From an uncultured Acidimicrobiia bacterium (lineage in GTDB: Bacteria; Acidobacteriota; Terriglobia; Versatilivoradales; Versatilivoraceae), in contig CAWBAT010000005.1 of the NCBI GenBank assembly GCA_963786955.1, positions 160,001-224,000 on the forward strand: a DNA stretch of 64,000 nucleotides. The letters run 5' to 3'. Below the pieces are notes generated by a model. The model made no database searches, was not told the origin of the DNA, and saw only the letters and a list, made by a program, of their open reading frames with translations. How positions within the stretch are numbered: the stretch's first letter is position 1; each line of letters opens with the position of its first letter. The translations under genes were made by a program, and so were the position numbers. Shown here piece by piece: positions 32,207 to 43,589 of this stretch.

Positions 32207-33943
32207 CTAATACAGCACAAAGGCTCTCCCTGGTCCTCCGTGGCAGTTTGCAATCTTGATCGGAGCAAACAGGAAATAGGCGCGTCCCGGAATTTGGCTG
32301 AGGTTCATCAAATACTCAACTCCGACCATCCCGTGCGATCCAAGAGCCCAGTATGTCATGAGTGCCTTCTTGGGGTCGGTTCCTCCCAGGGTCGGCCCAT
32401 CAGTCCCGACACAATGAATCCCCTTCTTCGCAAGATACAAGATGGCGTCAGGTCCGGGCGAAATCCAGCCTTCTGATTTACCGTTGACGGGATCCGCCAT
32501 ACAGACATTCCCCCCTGGCAGCGCCTGGTTGCATTTGTCAGTATACTGGCTGTAAAAAACAACGATTTCATTCGGCTTCAATTCCCCGTTATTCAACTCA
32601 AATGTTTGAATGTCTTCAACCGTGATCTCGGGAGATTGAGGCCAGCTCTTTCGATCCGTTTTACCCGCCAGGTACCTCACATCGATGAGCCTCACCCATC
32701 CGCACGTCTGCGAGAGAGGAACCTTCTCAGCAGTCACATTGCTTGTCCCTCGTGGACCGTACCGCTTCTCATAGGCCGCTAACCACTGCTGGACTTCCGG
32801 AGAATAGTGACGAGGATCGAACGCCTCGGAGGGCAACGCGTAAGAGGGAGGAACTAAATGGGTCCCGCTGTGGCTATCCATCATATGACTTTGCTGGTAA
32901 AGATCGGTAACGGGGTTGTGAGCAAAATTGATCGTCATGAAGGGCTGGCGGTGATTCCCACTCCCTGAACCCGGCCCCCAGACCGGAAAATTGTCCGTAA
33001 GGACCGCGGAAAGATCGATGACGTGTTTCTTTCGAGCGGAGTCAATGAGTTGCTGAGCTAACGGATTGCCGACAATTGCAAAAGCCCTCGCTTCGGCTGT
33101 AGCGACAGCGGCGTATTTAGGGCTCAGGTTACAATAAAACGCTCCAGTTGGTGGCAAAGGCCCTAAGCCAGTCGCGCCCTCTGTCCAAATCATCCCATGC
33201 TTGAGACCAGCCATATGTGTTGGCTCCGCAAATTCGGGAATCGGTCCCATGCTGGCACTATCGGTTCCCAATGTCATTACCCCGCGGCTCGCCAGATACT
33301 CCATGGCTTCTGGATGGGGATCCGGCCAGGCAGGGCTTTTTCCTTCCAAAGGATCAGCCACATATCGCCGGCCGGGCAAACCCGGTAAGTAGTATTTGTC
33401 GCTGTACCCACTATAGAAGAGCACCACGTCGCCTTGCCCGAGTCCCCGATATTTGCTCTCCCAATCGGTGATGTGCTGCTTCATGATGAGACTGCTGTAC
33501 CCTTTGGGGCTCTTATCCAATAACTCACGGACATCGATGACGCAAGCTTCTCCCATGAATTGCCAGGCAGGCACCCGATCCACAAACATGAAACCGGAAG
33601 GAAAAGCGTTGGGTTGCAATAGAGACGGGCGTGGAACCGAATGGGGCGGGACGTCCAGTTGGGTCCCGGTATTTCCGTCGATGATTAAGATGTCGCTGTT
33701 ATAGGCGCTCGATGCACCCAGACGCAGATAGTGATTAATCTGGAAATAAGGAAATCCGCCAGGCCAGGTGCAGGGGTATTCCGGTGCGACGAGGAGCGAG
33801 AGGTCGATGAATTGTGACGAGGCGTCTTGCCCTCTCAGGCGACGAGCTGGAAGAAAGCATAAAACAGCACTGAAAAGAAATATCCCAGCTACCCAAGGAG
33901 TTCGTTTCAGGACAGACCGAGAAAAATGCAAATTCATTTTCAT
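32207..33943 (-). CDS. Secreted tandem cyclase (kynurenine formamidase-like) family protein
   Basis: Signal peptide; two repeats carrying GTQLDVP/HSGTHLVP and GTD motifs. Confidence 0.8.
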   Translation of the reverse strand: MKMNLHFSRSVLKRTPWVAGIFLFSAVLCFLPARRLRGQDASSQFIDLSLLVAPEYPCTWPGGFPYFQINHYLRLGASSAYNSDILIIDGNTGTQLDVPPHSVPRPSLLQPNAFPSGFMFVDRVPAWQFMGEACVIDVRELLDKSPKGYSSLIMKQHITDWESKYRGLGQGDVVLFYSGYSDKYYLPGLPGRRYVADPLEGKSPAWPDPHPEAMEYLASRGVMTLGTDSASMGPIPEFAEPTHMAGLKHGMIWTEGATGLGPLPPTGAFYCNLSPKYAAVATAEARAFAIVGNPLAQQLIDSARKKHVIDLSAVLTDNFPVWGPGSGSGNHRQPFMTINFAHNPVTDLYQQSHMMDSHSGTHLVPPSYALPSEAFDPRHYSPEVQQWLAAYEKRYGPRGTSNVTAEKVPLSQTCGWVRLIDVRYLAGKTDRKSWPQSPEITVEDIQTFELNNGELKPNEIVVFYSQYTDKCNQALPGGNVCMADPVNGKSEGWISPGPDAILYLAKKGIHCVGTDGPTLGGTDPKKALMTYWALGSHGMVGVEYLMNLSQIPGRAYFLFAPIKIANCHGGPGRAFVLY

Positions 33944-34430
33944 TCTCCTTAACGTCAGCCATCGGAATCAAGTGGTCATCGAGCGACATTCCCCCAGAAA
34001 AATCGAGGCAGGCCCGCCAAGTTGATAGCCCACTTTGAATAGGCCGCCCCTAGAGGGGCTTGGGGTAAATGCAGGGAAAGGGTTCTATTGACAGGTCGTC
34101 CCTAACGGGACTTCAATCCATTTCCCAATCAATCCCAGAGATAATCCTGAAAACCTCAGCTCCGTCAGAAGCGACCTATTTATAGAAAAAATAGAATGCA
34201 TAATTCGAATTCTCCCTCTCCCCTTGTGGGAGGGTGGTCCGTCAGGACCGGGTGAGGGGTCCACAATTGATAACTCACTATGAATATACCACCTCTAACG
34301 GGACTTCAAATCAACACCACTAAGCCTTGGAATAGAATACCAATCAAAGCCCAATCTGCCGTAAGACTTTCTCGACAATTTTCTTCCCCACGTCCTGGAC
34401 TTCGACTGAAGCTCGCGCTATTTCAGATTT

Positions 34431-34970
34431 CTATTTCTTTACTGGAGGTGGAAACTTCTGGAACATTTTCTTCAAGGCATTCGCGAGCTTCTTTTGATTC
34501 TTTTCGGGATTATCACTCAATGTGTCCCGGGCAGTCCCGCGCCAGATGAACTTCTTTGCCTGAACGTCTCCGATGTCCACAATGAGCTCACCCGTGGGGA
34601 TATTTTGCACTGTGGTAGTCGTCGTCCCCATCCCCATCCCTCCATATCGACCCCAACCATAGCCCCACCCTCCCATGTTCGTGCTATTCAACTGAGTCTG
34701 TTGTCCTACAGCGCCGTGGTACATCACTTCAAGGTCTGCGTTACCCTCTACTTTTTGTAGCCCCTTTGCAGCCAGTTGTCCTTCAATTCCCGCAATAATC
34801 CGCTGGTTCGCCATCGGGTTGGCCACCGGCGTTCCACTTGCCCACGTGAAGGTCTTAAATTTCGAAAAATCAACCGCCTTGTCGAAGTCCACGTTCACTT
34901 TCTGAGCCTGAGCGGCGACAGGGAGAAATAAAATGATTGCAAAAGCAATCAGAGTCTTTAGTTGTTTCAT
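34431..34970 (-). CDS. DUF4136-like exported protein
   Basis: Signal peptide; DFSKFKTFTW and G.LIVDI.D...K.IWRG motifs. Confidence 0.85.
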   Translation of the reverse strand: MKQLKTLIAFAIILFLPVAAQAQKVNVDFDKAVDFSKFKTFTWASGTPVANPMANQRIIAGIEGQLAAKGLQKVEGNADLEVMYHGAVGQQTQLNSTNMGGWGYGWGRYGGMGMGTTTTTVQNIPTGELIVDIGDVQAKKFIWRGTARDTLSDNPEKNQKKLANALKKMFQKFPPPVKK

Positions 34971-35067
34971 GATCTTCTCCTTTCAGAATTAAGAATTAGT
35001 AATCAGTTTCAAACAAATGGATAAATTGAGTCTAGCTGGATCCTCCAGCGGAGGCGAATCTTAAAGA

Positions 35068-35926
35068 GTCCCCTCTTGGGAGGGGAAAGAGGGCTTGAGA
35101 AGCCTTCACGCGTCATTAGCCCTCAGGGGTGGGTTGGACTCCCACTGCGAGCGTCGCTATCTTGCCCGCTTATTGTCACTAATAAACCCACCCCTACACC
35201 CCTCCGGAGGAGGGGAATATATTCGTTCCCTGTTGGGAAATGAATGCCGCACTCCCCTCTTGGGAGGGGAAAGAGGGCTTTAGCCCTCAGAGGTGGGTCG
35301 AGGTCTTCCCACCATTGCGAGAGGCGGATCCCTCTTTATTCTCTTCAATCCACGCTTGAATGGAACTCAAAACATTTCTCATGTCGCGCTTTACCATAAT
35401 GTCGGGAAAACGCAGGAAACGAATTCCCAGCGCCTCCAAACGCGATTGTCTTTCTCGATCCTCCTCACCGATCTGCCAATGACTCTCTCCGTCGATCTCA
35501 ATGGCAAGCTTGAGTTTGGCACAAAAGAAATCGAGAATGTAGTGATCAATAGGTTTCTGTCGATCAAAGTCGTAGCCAAGCATTTGTTTTCCCTTGAGTT
35601 GTCTCCAGAGCAGAATCTCAGCCAGAGTGCTGCGCCGCCGTAATACTCTTGCAAGATTTTTCAAGTGTGGTTCGTAGATAAAGATTTCTTTTCGCACAGA
35701 AGTTCCCTGGCTTAGGTGGATGGCCTTAGACCCACCCCTACACCCCTCCGGAGGAGGGGAATATATTCGTTCCCTGTTGGGAAAAGAATGACGCACTCCC
35801 CTCTTGGGAGGGGAAAGAGGGCTTTAGCCCTCAGGGGTGGGTTGGACTCCCACTGCGAGCGTCGCTATCTTGCCCTCTCATTGTCACTAACAAACCCACC
35901 CCTACACCCATCCGGAGGAGGGGAAT
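35068..35926. repeat. Palindromic repeat array flanking the DUF559 gene
   Basis: Alternating CCCCTCTTGGGAGGGG..AGGGGTGGG and CCCACCCCTACACCCCTCCGGAGGAGGGG units on both sides of the gene, with duplicated spacers. Confidence 0.85.
35287..35697 (-). CDS. DUF559 (Vsr-like PD-(D/E)XK) endonuclease
   Basis: ARVLRR..T.AE.LLW..L, F.RQKPI..YILDFFC..KLAIEIDG..H and LRF motifs; likely GTG start at 35697. Confidence 0.88.
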   Translation of the reverse strand: MRKEIFIYEPHLKNLARVLRRRSTLAEILLWRQLKGKQMLGYDFDRQKPIDHYILDFFCAKLKLAIEIDGESHWQIGEEDRERQSRLEALGIRFLRFPDIMVKRDMRNVLSSIQAWIEENKEGSASRNGGKTSTHL

Positions 35927-36006
35927 AATTTCGTATCCCGTTTGGCGAAGAATAACACAGGCCAATAGAGGTCAGGTAATCAGTCCAACTTGTAGTTGCC
36001 CATACT

Positions 36007-38505
36007 TCACCTCCGCCGCCCGCCGCCCATTCTTGCTCCTCCGCCGCCGGCTCTTGCTCCCCCATAGCTTCCGCTTGACGCGCCGCCGCTCCGACTCATC
36101 TGCTGCTGGCGGGAGACTTGCTGATCACCGCGCTGGCGGGCGCTGGCTTCCCGATTAAGGCCATTCATGGTGTCGGGCGAGACGCTGCTGGTTTTGGAGG
36201 CAGCCTGAGATGTCCGTGCTTGTGACATCGTCTGCGACAACTGTGTCCCGGTCGACGACTGCGCCCCAGTTCCCTGCCCCGTGCCCATCTTACTTTGGGC
36301 CGACTGACTTGCCGACTCCCTCGTCACTCCCGAACTTTGGGCCTTTTGCTGGGCTTGTTGTTTCGCCCCAGAGGTATCCACCGAATTCCAGCTGCCGTTG
36401 TCGTACTTACTCCAACTGCCGCTGGAATCTTTCTTATAGACGTTTCCATCTTTACCGGCATATACGTTGTTGCCAGAGCCGCCAGCTACAAAGCCACCTC
36501 CAGCTCCACGGGCGATCGCTCCAGAACCTTGTGAAGAGTTGATGCCCGCAATAGTCCCCTGAGAGGTTGTCACGTGTCCTGTCCGCGCCCAATCGTCTCC
36601 GCGGACTGCAACTGAACTCCCCCACTGGGAATAAGCATTGTGTCCCTGGCTGGTTGCCCCATAGCCGCCAGTCCACGGATTATAGGCACTGGCAACAGTT
36701 CTGCCGCCGTAGGGAGTCTGTACGGTAGCCGAACGCCCATAGCGCCCGGTCGCCGGATTATACCAAGCCGATCCACCGGCAGCGCCATAAGGGCCGTAGA
36801 CAGCGTGTCCCACACGGTATCCCCCTGTATACGGATTGTAAACAGCGTGCACACCATAGGTGTAGGGATAAGGGCGGTAGATGGGATAGGGATAAGGCCC
36901 CCAATAATAATACGGTGGGTAGTAGTACCCTGTCCCATAGGCGACCGTCAGACCTACGGCCGTACCAATCATAAACATTCCCATGTATCCGCTGGTGTAA
37001 CTGGTCTCTACAGTCGTTGGAGTCGGATTGGAGACCGTGACGTAGGTTACATTGTACACGGGGGAACTCGGTGGAATCGTGTAGATCTCCTTGGGTATCG
37101 AGTCCGCAGTCTTCCAAGGCCCATCGGGCTGGGTGGAGATGAACCACACCCCTTGAAGGCAAAGATAATAAATGTCACCATACTTGATCACTTTGTCCGG
37201 GGTGTTCAAGGCATATTGCATCGACGTCTTCTCGATGGGCTTAAACTGCGGCTGCCCGTCATAGGAAACTTTTACTTTTGCTTCGGCTTGATCGCGATTC
37301 ACGATCGCCGTTGTCGGGATCTGAGCGAGGAGCACCGCATCCTCGGCTTCCTGTGTCCCGGGCACTGAAGGCAATACACGAGCAGGAGGACTATTCGGAG
37401 GAATCATCGCAAAATCTTTGGGGAGATTACCTTCCGCATAACTCCAGGGACCTTCCAATGACTTGGCGCGGAACCAGCGGCCCGAAGTCAAAAAGTAAAA
37501 TTGAATTTCTTGAGTATCACGAAAAATGTCACTATCCGTATTGGTTGCGTAAACCAGATTCGTGCCATATCATTTTGGAATAGACTGGATTACCCTATGA
37601 ACACGATCAGTTCGGCTGGCTTACTGCTGTAAAAGACTTCCGGTCCCTTCATGGTCGGAGACACCGTGGGAGGGAATGACTTTCTTGACGTCGTCCCAAT
37701 TCTGATTTGCTGGTAATTTGGACATGTCCGCCGGAAGCTTACCGGAAACCGCCCAGGGACCCTTCAAATCAGCCGCCGACAACCAGGTCCGATCATTCAG
37801 CAAGTAATATCGCTTGCCGGATAGATCGTAAAACAGGTCCCAATTGGTATTGACGACAAACTCCAATTTCAGTTTTTCAATCGGAGCTCGAACGGGCTCG
37901 CCATCAACCAGCAACAGAATGGCCGGATCATGACTGACGAAGATTCTGGGAGGATCCGGGTTGACGGCTACGGGCCGCTCAGAAGTTCGGCTCCTCTCAA
38001 TGTTCGCCATGAGACGATCCAACGAAATGGTGACGACACGGCTCGGAAAGAGCTGATGAAATAACAAGTCCATCTTTTTGGCAGCTTCAGCATCGAGAGA
38101 CGGGAAGCGGGTGCTGGTGATGCCGATGTCGCGGATCGTAACCGTCCGGCTGTCCGGATCCGCCATGGTTCTGGCAGTCAAGGAAGCCACGCCAGGAGTG
38201 GGCTGGCCACCGGGTGCGGTCAAAGAAAATGCCACATCCGCTGTCAAATCCCGATATTCCTTCCATTCATTAATCTGTGGCTGGTAAACAACCAGCCGCG
38301 CTCCATCCTTCTGAATCTCTCGCGGCCAGCCAGGATCCAGGGAGGCCGTTGAACTGGGCTGGGCTGCCGGTTTCAGGCTTTGCTGAGCGGAAATCGGCAT
38401 GCTTGCCGTAACCAGAGATAAGGACAATAAGAGGCAGAGTGCCGCGGAGCACTGCCTATGAAGTGTTGTAGGGACTCGATTCACAATTTTCTCCATTACG
38501 TTCAA
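36007..38505 (-). CDS. Large secreted protein with Tyr/Gly-rich and low-complexity C-terminus, split by frameshifts
   Basis: ORFs 37621-38505 (signal peptide, WPR..YQPQ, VNTNWDLF) and 36007-37491 (W....L.GPW repeats) are in tandem and share repeat motifs. Confidence 0.7.
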
Positions 38506-38564
38506 CTGAATTCGTATTTAATCGTTCGCGGGTACCTTACCCTCAGCCTCGTCGAGGGCTTTTT

Positions 38565-38749
38565 GTTCGGCGTACCCGTGGGCGCCTGAACTTCCTTAGG
38601 GAAGTCCAGCGTAGAGTCTTTGACGGTAGTCCCCATGTGGCCCTTGAATGGCGCCGCAGGACAGGGTAAGACATCCAGCGCGCTTACCGGCAGCGCAAGT
38701 GCTACCCCAGCGCGAAGCTAACAGTGATTAGGGCTGAAATGTTCTTCAT
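38565..38749 (-). pseudogene. N-terminal fragment of an arylsulfatase-like protein
   Basis: After one frameshift it reads a signal peptide then LPCPAAPFKGHMGTTVKDSTLDFPKEVQAPTGTPN, and then stops. Confidence 0.5.
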
Positions 38750-38814
38750 GATTTATCTTCCTCTCATCTTCGTCAAAGGCAAATGTGCGGTTTTCACAAA
38801 TACGGTGAGGATTA

Positions 38815-38929
38815 CTAGTACTAATGCTAAGTTGCACAAATTCACGGTAATTGCTGTAGCCGGGGACGTTGACCCCGGCCGGCCCCAGCGGGGCCAGCTA
38901 CAACACGGACCTCTGCAACTTAGTACTAG
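38815..38929. mobile_element. MITE-like unit carrying a GTAG-type REP doublet
   Basis: Ends CTAGTACTAA(TGCTAA)GTTGCA and TGCAACTTAGTACTAG; related partial copy at ~22352-22411. Confidence 0.55.
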
Positions 38930-39193
38930 GGCGGGCGTCACGTAAGGTAGAGGTCTTGATCAAGCCTCAAGCTTACAAGGATTCAAGCCTGAAGCACTCT
39001 CAATCCTCTATCCCAATTGGGGGCAGCGTTATCGAATTGATGCAGCGAAGCGCTCAACCTCAACATCAGAGACAGACGTCACAGGCAATGGAATCCTCGG
39101 ACAAAGTGCGAGTATAACATCATGAAAAAATATTGAGCAACACGGTAATTGTCAGCCCTTCAGTTATAATCCATCTACCATGGTTGTGTCACT

Positions 39194-40684
39194 TTGGTTC
39201 GACTCTTTATAATCCAGGCGGCCAAAACCAAGACTCCATATAAAATAAATCAAACCGTGAACTCACTTTTCCGCCTTTTAATTTTCACCTTTTTTGCCCT
39301 TCCCAGGGGGGACGCTGCCACCCAAAAGATGGAGGCACCTGATGCCTTTTACGTGCCAGAAAATCCGGTTTATACGGTCGTCGCCTCAGCCCGCGACTCC
39401 GCCTGCTTTACCTTGGGAAAAACTTTGAAGCAGGGTCCTTGCAAGCACTTGACGGCAATCTCCAGTTTTGTAAATCCGGAAGGCGAAGTGATGAGCTGGC
39501 ACGACTTCGGTAATTTGGAAGGACCCGGGTGGGCGGCTAACGCCGTTGGTGGGGCATGGGAGCTGTACCGGTTTGGGCGTTTTCTCGGTGAACCGGATTG
39601 GCAGAACAGCGCTCTCTCAATCGTGGATCATGTGCTGGAGTGCGGCTTCGTGAGCTCGACAGGATTCATTCGCGGCTATCGCGAGACAACAACCGGGCAA
39701 TTTTGTCTGAACTTCAAACATCAGTCAGATTGGTTTTGCCCGGGCTCGATGGCGAAGAATGGATTTCAGCTTCTCCTGTTCGCCGATGAGCTCGAGAAAG
39801 GCCCGCGCGCCGCCCGGATGCGCGAGGCCGCACGGCTCTGCGCCGAATGGATCCGCCAAAACATAAGCTCGACGCCGAATGGATGGTTTCCACGACGCAC
39901 GACCCCAGACGGCCAACTCTACCGCAAGCCGCCGGGCAGAGAAGAAGATCCTTTCTGGCAGTCGTCCGCCGACGGGCTTTATATCCTGCAGCTCCAGGCC
40001 GCCCTCACCGAGCGCAAGCTGGCGGACTATCGAAAGGAACTCCGTGCGAGCACGGAAACTTTCATGCGTGCAGGAGGGTACTTCGCGAGCATCAATCACG
40101 ACACTTACGATCCGCACGAAAACGTTGCTTACTCCGTGGCGTTTCGGACTCTACTGCTCGTGTCACGCGTCTTAGAAGACCCCGCTATTCGCGATTTCGC
40201 CTACGCGAAATGTCTGGCGGGTCTGGACCAGTTTAAGATGCGGGATGACCGAAATGGAGTGACCACGAAAGGGCTGCTGTACATGGAAACGTCATGGGAC
40301 ACGGCCTATCTTTGGGAGAACGCAGAAGCTGCCCTGGCGATGTTTGAAGCGGCGCTCGATTTGCGTGTTGAGGACCCGACACGCAGCCGGAAACTGGAAC
40401 TCGATGGGCTGACGATCCTGCGCGCTATTGCCAAACATCACTATGGGCCGTATGGGTTCCTAACGGAGGGGGTGGATTGGAACAATCATGTAGGGCAAAA
40501 ACACCACATCGACCAGGTCAAGTACGGGGCCATCCAGTACACCGAACCGTTCCTCAATAACCAGCATATCATCGAGCCGACGCTGTTTTACCTGGACCAC
40601 CTCGCCACTAAAACGAAAACCGTAGACCATAGCGAATGGCGCGACCTCGAGGGAAACTTGCTCATTCGCATGATGGTGTTCTGA
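39194..40684 (+). CDS. Hypothetical exported protein, possibly an alpha/alpha-toroid glycosidase-like fold
   Basis: 496-aa ORF with a coding-like base pattern, helical and Trp/Tyr-rich; start likely ~39258. Confidence 0.6.
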   Translation: MVRLFIIQAAKTKTPYKINQTVNSLFRLLIFTFFALPRGDAATQKMEAPDAFYVPENPVYTVVASARDSACFTLGKTLKQGPCKHLTAISSFVNPEGEVMSWHDFGNLEGPGWAANAVGGAWELYRFGRFLGEPDWQNSALSIVDHVLECGFVSSTGFIRGYRETTTGQFCLNFKHQSDWFCPGSMAKNGFQLLLFADELEKGPRAARMREAARLCAEWIRQNISSTPNGWFPRRTTPDGQLYRKPPGREEDPFWQSSADGLYILQLQAALTERKLADYRKELRASTETFMRAGGYFASINHDTYDPHENVAYSVAFRTLLLVSRVLEDPAIRDFAYAKCLAGLDQFKMRDDRNGVTTKGLLYMETSWDTAYLWENAEAALAMFEAALDLRVEDPTRSRKLELDGLTILRAIAKHHYGPYGFLTEGVDWNNHVGQKHHIDQVKYGAIQYTEPFLNNQHIIEPTLFYLDHLATKTKTVDHSEWRDLEGNLLIRMMVF

Positions 40685-41115
40685 CCTCCGACCTTAGGCT
40701 TATCTATTCGCGTTTGTCCGCGTTCATTCGCGGCCGACTTTGGAATTTCGACCTTAGACGTTGGACATTTTCTAATTTGGCATTCGTCATTCAGCATTTA
40801 CCATTTGTGACTTTTGACTTTGGACCTTCGACCTTGGACATTCATTCAGTTGGCTTTCCCCGTGTTCCCCGCGGTCCAGTTTGTTGTTTATCTTTTCGCC
40901 CTTTGCGCTATTTTGGGGATACCTTTGCATTTAGCTTTCCCCTTTTCTCTTAGACCTTTGACATCAGTCTTTGGATTTTGGACCTTAGACCTTCGACTTT
41001 GGACATTCGACCTTCGCCATTCGAATATCTATTCCCCCTTATTAAAGGGGGCGCCGGGGGATGTCCCAATTGGTGTGGATCCGCGTTTATTCGCGGCCGA
41101 CTTTGGAATTTGACT
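40685..41115. repeat. Composite heptamer/nonamer repeat block
   Basis: GACCTT(A/C/G)/GACTTT heptamers, the shared core at 40834, and TTCCCCCTTATTAAAGGGGGCGCCGGGGGATGTCC. Confidence 0.8.
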
Positions 41116-41167
41116 TTTCATTAACAGCTCCGCAAAGAGTATATATAATTGTTCGGGAGGCCCATCA

Positions 41168-41386
41168 ATGACGAATCTGCTCAAGGAAGCTTTTGCGAAG
41201 GCTGCCCTTTTGCCCGTTGAGTTGCAAGATTCATTGGCACAAACACTCCTCACCGAACTTGAGGCGGAATTTCAGTGGGATGACAATCTGGCGAAATCTC
41301 AGAGGCTACTCGATGAACTGGCGGAGCAAGCGCTGAAAGAAGACAAAGAGGGCAAGACCCGAAGCCTGGGCTTTGATGAACTGTGA
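41168..41386 (+). CDS. Putative type II antitoxin
   Basis: 72-aa acidic protein (LL.EAF...LP..QD.LA...WD); overlaps the toxin start. Confidence 0.8.
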   Translation: MTNLLKEAFAKAALLPVELQDSLAQTLLTELEAEFQWDDNLAKSQRLLDELAEQALKEDKEGKTRSLGFDEL

Positions 41387-41685
41387 ACTCGCGGCTGACT
41401 GAAGAATTCATCAGGTGCTTTCGCCACTTGCCTGCGCGTATTCAGGCCCAAAGCCGCAAGAGCTACAAGTTTTGGAGGGAGAACCCGCGACATCCAAGTC
41501 TCGATTTCAAGCGGGTGAGCCTGAAACTTCCGATATACTCGGTTCGTGTTGCCATTGGCTGGAGGGCTTTGGGGCACCTGAAGGACGAAACAATCGTTTG
41601 GTTTTGGATAGGATCGCATTCAGACTATGACGGGCTCTTGAAACGCATCAGAGAAGAAACCCCTGAGTACAGCCCTCCTCTCTGA
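41383..41685 (+). CDS. RelE/ParE-like toxin
   Basis: P.HPSL.FK, YSVRV, WRALG and WFWIGSH.DY motifs. Confidence 0.85.
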   Translation: MNSRLTEEFIRCFRHLPARIQAQSRKSYKFWRENPRHPSLDFKRVSLKLPIYSVRVAIGWRALGHLKDETIVWFWIGSHSDYDGLLKRIREETPEYSPPL

Positions 41686-42028
41686 GTATCCTCATGACGT
41701 TTTTCCTCCTCCTTTTCTTTCCCCTCGTCGCTTCATTTCCGTCTTTAGACCGTTGACCTTCGACTTTGGACTTTTTTACACTCGACTTTGGACATTCATT
41801 CAGTTGGCTTTCCCCGTCTTCCCCGTGGTCCAGTTTGTTGTTTATCTTTGCGGTTTTTGCGCTCTTTTGCATCAATCCTTGCTTTAGGCTTTTCCCTTTT
41901 CATTCGACAATCGCCATTCGGCAATTGTCAGACCTTCGACTTTGGACTTTTTTCGGCCTTCGGCCCCCCTTTCTCTTCATAGCTGCGGAAATCATTCAGG
42001 TTTATAATCCTCCGGCGGTGCATTCAGA

Positions 42029-43276
42029 ATGATCAATATCTCAATTTCGTGGCTGCGAAGAATTCTATCTCTAGGGGGAAGTCTTCTTGTCTTGTTTGCG
42101 CTGGTTCACGTCCTTTTGATCACGGTTTGGCGAGGGAATAACCGGGTTGAACGCTTTCTCTGCCGGACTTTCCTGATCTGTGACGACGAGCGGTTGCTCA
42201 AAGCGGCTCGCCAAAAACAGGAGGGACGAAATCCGAGCGATGTAGCTGCCGCAATCGAAGACTTTCAGGAAGCCGTTCGGCGCGATCCCGCTTCGGCCTA
42301 TCGCTGGTGCGACCTGGCTCAGGCCTGTCTCATCAGTGGCCAAGTCAGTCAGGCTCGCGACAGTATTGCCCATGCGCTAGAACTCGCACCGTACTTAAGC
42401 TCAATCGCAATGACAGCCGCAAACCTTTAATTTCAGCTACAAGATACCCGAGAAGGTCTGCACTGTTCACGACGCGTTTTAGCTCAGACCAACGAATTTG
42501 ATTCAAGCATCTTTGACACCTACGATCGGCTTGGTGTCGGTATAGACACCCTCCTGAACGAGGGAGTGCCTGCTGACGTGCGTCCGGCACAGGCTTTTTT
42601 CCACCATATTCTCGAGCGGGTTCAGGTTGCGGCTGTTCAAGCAACCTGGCAGTGGCTCTATGCTCGCGCTCTGACAGACGACAAATTGACAAGCCAATAC
42701 GTCGATTTCCTGCTCAAGACCCAGGAATATGAAGCGGCTCTCCAAGCCTGGACCGCGCAGCTTGGCAAGCGGGTCGGGGATTACCCGGAAGGGAATGGAC
42801 TATTTAATTCTGACTTTGAGGCTGAAACAACAGGAACTGCCTTGGATTGGAGAATCGGGCGGGTTGACGGAGTGGACGTGGAAGGAGACTCGACTGTGGC
42901 CAAGCAAGGCGGCTGGTCACTTCGGGTTCGTTTTGGCGGGAAAGTGAACCTGGCTTATAACCACATTTCGCAAAGAACGGTGATTAGGCCAGGGATATAC
43001 CGGTTTGAAGCGTGGGTTCGAACGGAAGAGATCACCACCGATCAAGGAATCGGTTGGCGGATTTTTGATGCGGAATCTCCGTCTCGATTGAACTTAGTTT
43101 TCGAGAATCGAGTCGGCACTGCGGCGTGGACAAAACTGGAAAAGACCTTTTTGATTCCTCCTGAAACCCGATTGCTGGAAGTGCAACTAGTTCGCCGGTC
43201 TTCACTCAAATTTGACAATAAAATCAGCGGCACAGTCTGGATTGATGCCGTGTCTCTGGTAGCGGTGAAGGATTGA
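42029..43276 (+). CDS. TPR protein with C-terminal CBM4/9-like domain, frameshifted
   Basis: TPR-like helices (AVRRDPASAYRWCDLA); LFNSDFE...W and GTVWIDAVSL. Confidence 0.7.
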
Positions 43277-43589
43277 TGCCTTACCGTTTTGGATCGTCGA
43301 GTTGTAGCCGGCCTCGCTGAGGCCGGCACTTAACCGGGGCCAGCGGCCCCGGCTACAACAATGGACTACTTCAGCATAACATTGGAGAGTCGAGCTCCTG
43401 CGATACCGGATGGAACCGTGGGTGGAACGCGAGCTCTGTGTGCGTTCAAGCGTGCGCCGGGGGACGGCGGTCCCACGCGCCCGCTCCACCTGAATGTGGT
43501 TTCTTGGAACTCCGCCCTTCAAAAATGTCCCTCCTGTATTTAAGGGGGGACTTCAGGGGAGTGGCTTCGTGAAGTTCCGCCCTCCAGGC

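Noticed and set aside
35068-35926. Possible CRISPR array
   Set aside because: Units alternate in orientation, the spacers are themselves duplicated, a gene lies inside, and there are no cas genes. It is a REP-like array.
40685-42000. Integron attC cassettes around the toxin-antitoxin pair
   Set aside because: No RYYYAAC...GTTRRRY boxes were recognised and there is no IntI-type integrase in the window.
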